Shown piece after piece: positions 56,395-64,000 of a DNA stretch of 64,000 nucleotides (position 1 is the stretch's first letter; every line of letters begins with the position of its first letter). The notes beneath the pieces are model-generated. The model did no database searches. It was given only the letters and a program-made list of their open reading frames with translations, and was not told the DNA's origin. The DNA lies in NCBI GenBank assembly GCA_039028735.1, contig JBCCHQ010000001.1:4585-68584 (forward strand), read 5' to 3'. This stretch comes from Planctomycetota bacterium (lineage in GTDB: Bacteria; Planctomycetota; UBA8108; UBA1146; JAJFFE01). Position numbers and translations under genes: made by a program.

Positions 56395-58497
56395 GTGAGC
56401 CACGCCGATGAACTGCTGCGCCTTCAGGCTGCAATCCTCGAGAAGATCGCGGTCGGCGAGAGCGTCAAGCCATGCCTGAACTTGCTCTGCGAACTGGTCG
56501 GCGAGATCGTTGGCGACTGCGTCTGCTCTGTAATGATGTGGAATGCGGACCATACGAGCTTGAACGTCGCCGCCGCTCCCGGTGCTCCGAGCGAACTGAT
56601 CTCGGCCCTGAACGGCCTCGTACCCTCGGAACTGGCGGGCTCCTGCGGTACGGCCGTCTATCTCGGCAAACCGGTCTTCGTCACCGACACTTCGTGCGAT
56701 CCCCGCTGGGTCTCGATGCAGGCCATCGCCGACGACTATCAGATCCGCGCCTGCTGGTCGGTACCGGTCCTCTCACGAACTGGTGAGGTCCATGGCTCGT
56801 TCGCGTTGTCGCACCCGACGAAGCGACAGCCCAACGACTCCGACCGGGCGACATTGAAGACCGCAACGCACATAGCTGGCATTGCGATGGATCGCGACAT
56901 TGAGATCGAGCGTCTTCGCGCGTCGGAGCGGCGTTTCCAAGACTTATTCGACAATTCGCCGGACATGTTTCTCAGCGCAGACGCCACAACCGGGTGCGTA
57001 CAAGACTGCAACGCACGGCTGACGAACGTTTTGGGATTTCAGAGAGACGAGATCATCGGCCGCTCGATCTTGGATCTGTACGACCCGGCATGTCGTCATG
57101 AGGCAACGAAACTCTACGATTCGTTCTTGGAGACTGGAGAGCTGCAGTCCGACGAGCTGCGCGTAGTGACCAAGAACGGCATCGGCGTCGATGTCAGCCT
57201 CAAAGTCACTGCGGTTCGTGATAGTGCAGGCACGATCCACGGCAGCCGCTCGGTATGGCGCGACATCACGATCCGTAAGCGAACAGAGGAAACGATTCGC
57301 CAGTCTCAGAAGCTGGAGAGCCTCGGTGTTCTCGCAAGCGGCATCGCCCACGACTTCAACAACCTATTGGTTGGCATTCTGGGCAACGCCCATCTCGCTG
57401 GCCTTGGAGTCGACAAAGAATCCGACGCTGGCCGCGCCATCGGCCGTATCGAAGCCGCCGGACGGAGCGCGGCGGACCTCACTTCGCAGCTGCTCGCTTA
57501 CGCCGGACGCGGCAAGCTCAGCATGGAACCACTTGGCCTTGCGGATTTGGCTCGCTCGATGGTGGAGCTGCTCTCGGCCACAACGGCGACCCCGCTAGAG
57601 CTCGCGGACAACGTCGTCGATTCGGTCATCGTTGGCGACGCAACGCAGATCCAGCAAGTCCTCATGAACCTCATGACCAACGCTGTCGAAGCCACCGCCG
57701 ATGGTGGCGGAGCCGTCAACATTGACACGGGAATCATGGACGCGGACCGTAGCTACTTGGATCGTTGCATCGGTGGCAGTGCACTCGTCCCGGGTCGGTA
57801 TGCCTACGTGTCAGTCGCGGACACCGGTGTTGGCATGGACGACGCAACGTTGAAGCGCATCTTCGACCCGTTCTTCACGACCAAGTCGACCGGCCGTGGA
57901 CTGGGACTGGCGGCAACGCTGGGCATCATCGCCAGCCACAAAGGCTGCTTGCACGTCGACAGTCGGCCGCAACAAGGCACGACTTTTCGCATGCTCTGTC
58001 CAGCCGCCGAGAACATGCCGCTCGCGCAGCCTGACGCAAAGAGAACTTCAGACGCAGCCAAGCCTGGGAGTGATGGGTCACACCTCACGGCCCTGGCTGT
58101 CGACGATGAGAAAATGGTCCTCAGCGTCCTCGCCCGTATGCTCGAGCACTCCGGATACGATGTCGTTACGGCAACGAGTGGCGAGGAGGCAGTGCGCGCG
58201 ATCCGCAAGAACCCCCAGATCGATGTCGCAATCTTGGACCTGACGATGCCAGGACTCACCGGCCATGAGACTTTCGACGAGATTCGAATACAGCGACCGG
58301 ACCTTGCCGTCGTGTTTTGTAGTGGCCAAAGCCCTGACGACTGCGGCACCCTTGTGCACGAACACTCCCGCACCGCCTTTCTAGCCAAACCGTTCGGTCC
58401 CGACCAACTCAATGCCGCGCTCCAGCGTGCCGTTGCAGCGCCGCAGAGCGAAGCCGGTGAAAGCGCGGTACCCGAGGCCGAAGTGCCGCAAGTCTGA
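56395..58497 (+). CDS. Hybrid sensor histidine kinase (GAF-PAS-HisKA-HATPase-REC)
   Basis: GTG 56395 with an AGGAGA RBS is preferred over the track TTG 56335. A GAF region is present. PAS is DNSPDMFLSAD. The H-box is SGIAHDFNNLL. The G-boxes are DTGVGMD and GRGLGLA. The C-terminal receiver is LAVDDEKMVL...DLTMPGLTG...K. Confidence 0.8.
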   Translation: MSHADELLRLQAAILEKIAVGESVKPCLNLLCELVGEIVGDCVCSVMMWNADHTSLNVAAAPGAPSELISALNGLVPSELAGSCGTAVYLGKPVFVTDTSCDPRWVSMQAIADDYQIRACWSVPVLSRTGEVHGSFALSHPTKRQPNDSDRATLKTATHIAGIAMDRDIEIERLRASERRFQDLFDNSPDMFLSADATTGCVQDCNARLTNVLGFQRDEIIGRSILDLYDPACRHEATKLYDSFLETGELQSDELRVVTKNGIGVDVSLKVTAVRDSAGTIHGSRSVWRDITIRKRTEETIRQSQKLESLGVLASGIAHDFNNLLVGILGNAHLAGLGVDKESDAGRAIGRIEAAGRSAADLTSQLLAYAGRGKLSMEPLGLADLARSMVELLSATTATPLELADNVVDSVIVGDATQIQQVLMNLMTNAVEATADGGGAVNIDTGIMDADRSYLDRCIGGSALVPGRYAYVSVADTGVGMDDATLKRIFDPFFTTKSTGRGLGLAATLGIIASHKGCLHVDSRPQQGTTFRMLCPAAENMPLAQPDAKRTSDAAKPGSDGSHLTALAVDDEKMVLSVLARMLEHSGYDVVTATSGEEAVRAIRKNPQIDVAILDLTMPGLTGHETFDEIRIQRPDLAVVFCSGQSPDDCGTLVHEHSRTAFLAKPFGPDQLNAALQRAVAAPQSEAGESAVPEAEVPQV

Positions 58498-58518
58498 GCG
58501 GATGCCCTTCCCGTCGAA

Positions 58519-58630
58519 CTGCGCTGTGCCTGCCCCATGCGGCGCTGTGCCTAGCCAGTGCGGCGCTGTGCCTAGCCGGTGCGGCGCTGTGCCTAGCCGG
58601 TGCGGCGCTGTGCCTAGCCGGTGCGGCGAC
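58519..58630. repeat. Intergenic tandem repeat, 21-bp unit (CGGCGCTGTGCCTAGCC(A/G)GTG) x ~4.5
   Basis: Four perfect or near-perfect copies lie at 58540-58623, plus a degenerate leading copy and a truncated trailing copy. The repeat sits between the HK stop (58497) and the STK start (58709). Confidence 0.7.
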
Positions 58631-58708
58631 GGGCGCAGCCTTTCGTGCTATCGTTACGGAAGCCGCAATGTAGGGCGTGGCTGCAAGATTCCATAGATTC
58701 GGCGAAGG

Positions 58709-61021
58709 GTGCGCGCAGTGGATGTTGAGCTCGAGCAGTTGCTTTCAGAGTTCATTGAGCGCCGTGATCGTGGCGAAGCGTTGACTGCAGACGCCTTCTG
58801 TCGCGAGCACCCCCACCGCGGCGAACAACTCAGAGACGCACTCCGCGCTTTCGAGTCCACCAGCGAGATGTTTCCAGATCGCATCGCTACGCCGCAGCGA
58901 ATCGGTCGCTATGAAGTCCTCGAGACGCTGGGGCGCGGCGGCCTTGGTGTTGTCGTGCGCGCCCGCGATCCCGAGTCTCCCGACACAGACGTCGCGTTGA
59001 AGCTGCTGCAACCGGGCGCTCTCGTGAACGCTCGCGCGAGGGAGCGCTTTCGCCGCGAGGGTGAGGCACTGCAACGCGTTTCGCATCCGAACGTCGTTGG
59101 CGTCCGAGAGGTCGGTGACGACAACGGTCAGCCGTTCCTAGCTATGGAATTGATCGAGGGGCGCTCACTCGCGGATTGGATCGACGACTTCCGCCACACC
59201 TCGTCGACCGAGCTCGAAGCACGGGCGCTTCCCGGGAGTGGCTCCGGGATGCAGCGGGTGTTGCACGCAATGATCCCTCTTGTCGAGGCAGTCGCCACGC
59301 TGCACGGCGACGGCATTCTGCATCGAGACTTGAAACCACAGAACGTGATCCTGCGCGACGACGGTACACCAGTGCTCGTCGACTTCGGCCTGGCTGGCGA
59401 TGACGAAGTGGCCACCATGACTCGCACAGGTGATGTCATGGGCACACTCGCATACATGCCCCCCGAACAAGCCCGCGGTGAGCGCGTGGATGAACGCGCC
59501 GACATCTACGGGTTGGGTGCCATCTTGTATGAACTGGTCACACTGCAGCGACTGCATGCCACGGCTGACTCAGTGAATCTGCTCCAAGCGGTCACGCAGA
59601 AGGGACCAAGGCCCGGCAGTCACCTGCCGCCCGACACTCCAGCATCGCTACGCCGCGTCCTCTACCGTTGCTTGGCCTTCCAGCCCAAGAATCGCTACGC
59701 AGATGTCAACGACCTGCTTGCCGACCTACTTGCACTCCGGGAGAGTGCGCCCGTGCGGGCTGCCGCAGCCGGTCCGATGGAGCGCACCCACGATTGGATC
59801 CGGCACAACACACGCGCGGCTCTCGGAGTAGGTGTTACGGGTGCGCTGCTACTGGTGGCAGCGATCTGCGCAGCGTTCTTTCAGGTCGCTGCCACCCGCG
59901 ACGCGAAGTTCGTGCGACTTGGCGACGAAGCGACGATCGCCTGGGTGCGGGGCGCCTTCGACGCCGCGCGGTCGCATGCGATCGAAATGCAGGATCTGCG
60001 TCCCGATGATCCGTTGCCGGACTTCTTCCTTTCGGAACCAGCAGGCGCTACCGCAGGAAACGCGCCGGTAAGAGCTGGGTATGCGCAGCTGCGAGAAGCT
60101 ACGGCACTGTTTGCAGCCAGAGAATACCCCGCCGCCATGGCGCAGGCTGAAGCGGCGCGGCGCGCCCTCCCGGATTGGGCGCTCCCACCAGTCGTGATCT
60201 CTCGAATTGCCTACAAGATGCGTGATCGAGATCGCGCGGCACGGGAACTGTCGATCGCTGTGGGACTGCTGCCGGCGTCTGCACAGATCCACCACGAACT
60301 TGCAACCGTGCTCTATCGGCTCAGAGACCACGAGGGCAGCATTCGCTCATCGCGTGAGGCCACGGAGCGCGCGCCTCACGTTGCCGACTACTGGATACAG
60401 CTATCGAAGGTCTGCCTGCGACTCTCGCTTCAAGAGGAAGGGCTTGCCGCCGCGCAGAAGGCGGCCACGCTTGGCAGCGAAGGTGAACGTTCCAAGGGAC
60501 TGCAAGCCCTTGGTGTCTTTCTAGACGCGACTGGCGAGCACGAGAAGGGCCTCGAGATTCTCCTCGATCTGTACCAGCGCAACCCCAACAGTCGCAACAT
60601 CTGTTTCAGCGTCGGCCTGATCTACGATCGACTCGAACAGCACAAGAAGGCACTGGAGTTTTATGAACGTTCGATCGAGATCAAACCAACAGAGTGTGAA
60701 GGGCGACTCAGCGTCGCCAACATCTATGCCGGAGCGAATCGAGAGAACTGCGCCGACTGCGAAGCCTTCTTCGCTGCCAATCCAGAGTACCTCGATTTCG
60801 ACAAAGCTACTGACCTGTGCCGCGAAGCCCTGGATATCGATCACGGCAACTCAACAGTCGTCGTGAAGACGTTGGTCGATGTGATGGCAAACATGGGAAA
60901 GCTGGACGAGGCAATCTCGTGGCTGCAGGCTGAACGCGACCAAGCAACGCGAGATCAACAGATCGTGAATCTGCAACGCGGCATCCAGCAAGCCAACAAG
61001 CTGAAAGCAATCTCCCAATGA
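58709..61021 (+). CDS. Ser/Thr protein kinase with a TM segment and C-terminal TPR repeats
   Basis: GTG start. Kinase motifs are LGRGGLGVVV, ALKLL, HRDLKPQNVIL, DFGLAGD. The TM segment is ALGVGVTGALLLVAAICAAFF. TPR repeats follow. Confidence 0.8.
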   Translation: MRAVDVELEQLLSEFIERRDRGEALTADAFCREHPHRGEQLRDALRAFESTSEMFPDRIATPQRIGRYEVLETLGRGGLGVVVRARDPESPDTDVALKLLQPGALVNARARERFRREGEALQRVSHPNVVGVREVGDDNGQPFLAMELIEGRSLADWIDDFRHTSSTELEARALPGSGSGMQRVLHAMIPLVEAVATLHGDGILHRDLKPQNVILRDDGTPVLVDFGLAGDDEVATMTRTGDVMGTLAYMPPEQARGERVDERADIYGLGAILYELVTLQRLHATADSVNLLQAVTQKGPRPGSHLPPDTPASLRRVLYRCLAFQPKNRYADVNDLLADLLALRESAPVRAAAAGPMERTHDWIRHNTRAALGVGVTGALLLVAAICAAFFQVAATRDAKFVRLGDEATIAWVRGAFDAARSHAIEMQDLRPDDPLPDFFLSEPAGATAGNAPVRAGYAQLREATALFAAREYPAAMAQAEAARRALPDWALPPVVISRIAYKMRDRDRAARELSIAVGLLPASAQIHHELATVLYRLRDHEGSIRSSREATERAPHVADYWIQLSKVCLRLSLQEEGLAAAQKAATLGSEGERSKGLQALGVFLDATGEHEKGLEILLDLYQRNPNSRNICFSVGLIYDRLEQHKKALEFYERSIEIKPTECEGRLSVANIYAGANRENCADCEAFFAANPEYLDFDKATDLCREALDIDHGNSTVVVKTLVDVMANMGKLDEAISWLQAERDQATRDQQIVNLQRGIQQANKLKAISQ

Positions 61022-61401
61022 TGATGTGGTTCCTGAAGATCCTCGGTTACTCGTGGGTCGTGCTCGGACTATGGTGGACATTGCGCCCGCAAGGGGCCCG
61101 CAAACGACTCGAAAAGAAGTTCCACAGCGGCCTCCGGCGCACACTGTTCGTCGCAGCGGCCGCGATCGGTGGCGCGCTCTTCGCAGCCGGCCGCCACCTC
61201 GAGGGCACCGCAAGCTGGCTGGTACCAGCGCTGGGCGTCGTGATCGTTGGCAAGGGACTTTTGTTCCTGCGCGGCAAAGTGAGCGAGCAGTTCGTCGAGT
61301 GGTGGACGCGGCAGCCCAACTGGGTCTACCGTTGCTCTGCGCTCGCTCTCAGCGTAACCGGCTTCGCGATCCAGTGGTTCGCGCGGACTCCAACGGAGTG
61401 A
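61018..61401 (+). CDS. Small membrane protein (2-3 TM), hypothetical
   Basis: The N terminus is MMMWFLKILGYSWVVLGLWW. Its start overlaps the STK stop by 4 nt. Confidence 0.45.
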   Translation: MMMWFLKILGYSWVVLGLWWTLRPQGARKRLEKKFHSGLRRTLFVAAAAIGGALFAAGRHLEGTASWLVPALGVVIVGKGLLFLRGKVSEQFVEWWTRQPNWVYRCSALALSVTGFAIQWFARTPTE

Positions 61402-61408
61402 TCCCGAA

Positions 61409-62296
61409 ATGCCTGTGATTCACGACGCCGGGGAACTCGCCTCCCTGCCTCCGCTCGCCGCGATGCCGTACCCCAACGGAGTCCTGCTCTGTACGCCTGA
61501 CCAATTCGACATCGTCGATGTAAAGAACGACTTCATGACCGGACAGGTCGGCCAAGTCGATCGCACCCGCGCGCATGAGCAGTGGGACGGCGTCCAGCGC
61601 GCGTTCCTTGACGCGGGCATGTTCGTCGAGACGATTCACGCCGCTCCGGGTCTCGAAGACATGGTGTTCTGTGCGAATCAGACTTTCGTCGGACTCGACC
61701 CGAAAGGGCTGAAGATCGGTATCGAAGGGCGCATGAAACACGAATCGCGACGCCGCGAAGTACCCCACTTCGTGCGCCACTTGCAGCGCGCGGGCTACCA
61801 AATGCGTGCGCTGACGACACCCGCGAAACCATTCGAAGGGTCGGGCGACCTGCTGTGGCATCCCGGCCGCCGCTGCATCTGGGCCGGTTACGGACAACGC
61901 ACATCACAGCATGCCTTCGCAGAGATTTCTGATCTCTTTGACGCGCCGGTCATCGCGCTCGAACTAGCAGATCGCCGGTTCTACCACCTCGACACTTGTC
62001 TATGCCTCATCGACGAAAGGACCGCGTTACTCTACCCCGCGGGCCTCACGACAGCCGGACGCGAACTCGTGGCGCAACAGTTCGAGGTCGTCATCGAAGT
62101 CGACGCCGAGGAGGCAGGCAACGCCATGGCCTGCAACGCAACGGCGTGCCTGGGTCAAACCATCATCTTGCAGCGGGGCGCGCCTCAGACGGCCGCCGCC
62201 CTGCGCAGCCACGGCTTCGAGGTGACAGAAGTAGACACTGGAGAGTTCATGAAATCCGGCGGGTCGGTCTTCTGCCTGAAGCAGTTCCTGTTCTAG
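61409..62296 (+). CDS. Amidinotransferase-superfamily enzyme (DDAH / arginine deiminase-like)
   Basis: ATG 61409. The C-terminal catalytic Cys context is SGGSVFCLKQ. Other family-like motifs are FCANQTFVG and HLDTCLCLID. Confidence 0.65.
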   Translation: MPVIHDAGELASLPPLAAMPYPNGVLLCTPDQFDIVDVKNDFMTGQVGQVDRTRAHEQWDGVQRAFLDAGMFVETIHAAPGLEDMVFCANQTFVGLDPKGLKIGIEGRMKHESRRREVPHFVRHLQRAGYQMRALTTPAKPFEGSGDLLWHPGRRCIWAGYGQRTSQHAFAEISDLFDAPVIALELADRRFYHLDTCLCLIDERTALLYPAGLTTAGRELVAQQFEVVIEVDAEEAGNAMACNATACLGQTIILQRGAPQTAAALRSHGFEVTEVDTGEFMKSGGSVFCLKQFLF

Positions 62297-62307
62297 CCCA
62301 ATAAGAA

Positions 62308-62339
62308 GAGGGGAGTGGATCCCGCGATCCACTCCCCTC
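62308..62339. terminator. Bidirectional hairpin between convergent genes (GAGGGGAGTGGATC-CCGC-GATCCACTCCCCTC)
   Basis: It is a perfect 14-bp stem with a 4-nt loop. It lies between the + strand stop (62296) and the - strand stop (62377). There is no U-tract. Confidence 0.5.
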
Positions 62340-62376
62340 GGTTGGGCTCAATGCCGGGATGTGAGGTCCGGTCGCC

Positions 62377-63780
62377 TTAGGGACAGCCGTAGCCCGTACA
62401 GGACATACTGTCGGCGGTCGGATCAGCACCGCACGCGCCCACGGGCGCTGGCGGGTTCGCTCCTCCGGCGAAGAGGTTCTCGAGCATGTAGACAGCGTCG
62501 GTCAAGTTGACAGTGCCGTCGTCGTTACCGTCGCACGCGTCGTCGCAAGCGAGAGGGCCTGCGCCTCCAAAGAGGTTGCCGAGTACTGCCAGCGGATCGC
62601 CGAGGTTGTAGTTGCCGTCACCGCTGCAGTCGCCACGGACGAAGAACGGGCCACCCGGAACGAGCGTCACGTTGCCGTCGTTGCGAAGCACCGGAACCGT
62701 GGCGCCGGCGAAATCGATGGCGACGAGGTTCTCGATCGCAGGCGTACCCAGCGACGACTTCCAGTCGAGCTCAGTTGTCGTTGGGGTCGTCGTTCCCTGC
62801 AGATTGGCTGCGTTCGTCGCGTAGTCGATGCTGACGGCTTCGGACGCAACGTCGAAAAGCACGACCTCGGCTGCACTAGCGAGCGAGTAGACAGCGCCAA
62901 CCGTGATCCCGTTCGGGAGCGTGTTGACGCTGAAGAACTCCGGACCCGCTCCCGCATTCAACGCAGCCAGCCCAGCACCTGCGCTGGCACCGGTGGCGGA
63001 CAGTACGTCTTCGTCGTGACCCAACGCCATCGAGAAGCCGTGCGTTGCGTTCGGGAAGTTGGGGCTGCCAGCATCTTCGGAGACAGCAACACCGACCGTG
63101 AACGTCGCGTCGCCACTGGAGGAATCGAAACCCTGCGTCACGTCGGGGAGGCTGAACGTGTACAGAGGTCCGTTGATACCAATGACGATCTCGCCGTCTT
63201 GGGTCGTCGGCTCAACCGAGTTTCCGTTCTGGAAGATCAGTTCGCTGCGAGTCGGTGGAACCCCCAACGTATCGCAGTACTCGAGGTCGGCCGTACCAGC
63301 CTGCCCGAGAACTTCATAGTCGATATCGAGCAGCTCGTAGCCGGCTCCGGCGGGCAGCGTCAAGATGCCGAAGATGTCACGAATCACGCCGGTAGCAACG
63401 CCGTCGGCGAACAGGGAAATCGAACCGAAGCCACCGGGTCCACCCATTGGGTTCTGGTTCGACGGTGGCCCGACCAACGCATCCGCACCGAGTACAGCGT
63501 CATCGATCGTCACCAGCGCCGGGTCGTGACAAATGCTAAACGACCAACCCAAGACTTCGTCCATACCCGCCGTGCTGTCGAGCTTTGCCGTCGTCGAGAC
63601 GATGTCGCCGGTGAAACCAAAGCCGTCATCCACCGACAGAATGTAGTCCGGACTCGGCGGGCCACCGGTGCCCGGCGTGCCACCGGTGCCACCACCGGGA
63701 ATGCCAATCGTACCGTTCTGCGCCACGGCAAGCGTGGGCGCCAGAAGACCAAGAGCAACTGCCATGAGGGCGCGCTTCAT
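62377..63780 (-). CDS. Secreted protein of unknown function with a C-terminal Cys-containing dockerin-like module
   Basis: ATG 63780 (MKRALMAVALGLLAPTLAVAQ signal) is preferred over the track start 63984. A Gly-rich linker follows. The ~350 aa beta-rich domain is unassigned. The tail is FVRGDCSGDGNYN...CDDACDGNDDGTVN...GYGCP-stop. Confidence 0.65.
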   Translation of the reverse strand: MKRALMAVALGLLAPTLAVAQNGTIGIPGGGTGGTPGTGGPPSPDYILSVDDGFGFTGDIVSTTAKLDSTAGMDEVLGWSFSICHDPALVTIDDAVLGADALVGPPSNQNPMGGPGGFGSISLFADGVATGVIRDIFGILTLPAGAGYELLDIDYEVLGQAGTADLEYCDTLGVPPTRSELIFQNGNSVEPTTQDGEIVIGINGPLYTFSLPDVTQGFDSSSGDATFTVGVAVSEDAGSPNFPNATHGFSMALGHDEDVLSATGASAGAGLAALNAGAGPEFFSVNTLPNGITVGAVYSLASAAEVVLFDVASEAVSIDYATNAANLQGTTTPTTTELDWKSSLGTPAIENLVAIDFAGATVPVLRNDGNVTLVPGGPFFVRGDCSGDGNYNLGDPLAVLGNLFGGAGPLACDDACDGNDDGTVNLTDAVYMLENLFAGGANPPAPVGACGADPTADSMSCTGYGCP

Positions 63781-64000
63781 TAGAGTTCCTTTCGCGGGCA
63801 CCAACCGCAGTTGGGCCATACCAAGATAGAGGGATACAGTCGTCGAGCCCGGCACAAACGCCGCTCGACGCACGCTCACCCAAGGCATGCCGCTGGCAGC
63901 TCTGGGGTGACAGGATCCCTCAGCATTTCTGTTTGTTCTTAACTCATGGTTCGTCACTGCCATTACGGACACGCCACTTCGCAATCGGGCAACGGGTCGA

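Noticed and set aside
58519-58630. Possibility that the tandem repeat is a CRISPR array.
   Set aside because: The repeats are directly adjacent with no unique spacers, and the 21-bp unit is shorter than CRISPR repeats. There are no cas genes in the window.
58412-58696. ORF translating the 21-bp tandem repeat as CGAVPSR heptads.
   Set aside because: The periodicity comes from the DNA tandem repeat. There is no RBS or start context, and the region is intergenic between two well-defined genes. It is kept as a repeat feature instead.
1-64000. Mobile elements, prophage, and rRNA/tRNA genes.
   Set aside because: No transposase, integrase, phage structural motifs or tRNA-like sequences (T-loop GTTCRANYC, CCA ends) were recognised in the intergenic regions by eye. 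A tRNA, including tRNA-Sec, cannot be fully excluded without a covariance-model search.

Overview
High-GC (~66-67%) bacterial chromosomal window with dense coding on both strands. There is no rRNA, CRISPR, transposase or integrase; tRNAs were not seen but cannot be excluded by eye. The gene content suggests a Gram-negative lineage with complex signalling and an elaborate secretome (Myxococcota-, Planctomycetota- or Gemmatimonadota-like), but no phylum call is possible from sequence alone. It includes three Ser/Thr kinases with TPR regions (one fused to an NB-ARC-type ATPase), two ECF sigma factors (one fused to its own transmembrane and extracytoplasmic domain), a GAF-PAS hybrid histidine kinase, and very large secreted proteins.

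Standout observations:
1. Two thioredoxin-fold redox genes are interrupted by an in-frame TGA exactly at the redox-active Cys position: an ArsC/Spx-family gene with U-T-S-C (32503..32853, + strand) and a TlpA/ResA-like lipoprotein with U-G-P-C (52867..53448, - strand). Each TGA is followed at ~8-12 nt by a stable hairpin, so both are candidate selenoproteins.
2. Four unrelated large secreted proteins share a conserved ~85-90 aa C-terminal module: a metzincin-LamG protein, an S8 subtilisin with FG-GAP repeats, and two proteins of unknown function. The module has two dockerin-like Ca-loops plus covarying cysteines and ends in Cys-Pro-stop. It looks like a dedicated C-terminal anchoring or sorting system.
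3. A PNGase F-like domain is fused to a terpene-cyclase-like alpha/alpha-toroid domain.
4. An Rrf2-family regulator sits at the head of an RND-exporter / LolA-like / outer-membrane-barrel operon, with a perfect 11-bp inverted-repeat operator.
5. A tesA / ybbA / ybbP-like syntenic block is present.
6. A 21-bp x ~4.5 tandem repeat lies in the intergenic region between the histidine kinase and a Ser/Thr kinase.

Most minus/plus antisense ORFs in the six-frame track are Arg/Pro-rich high-GC artefacts. The track labels GTG/TTG starts as M, so several start codons were re-assigned from RBS context.
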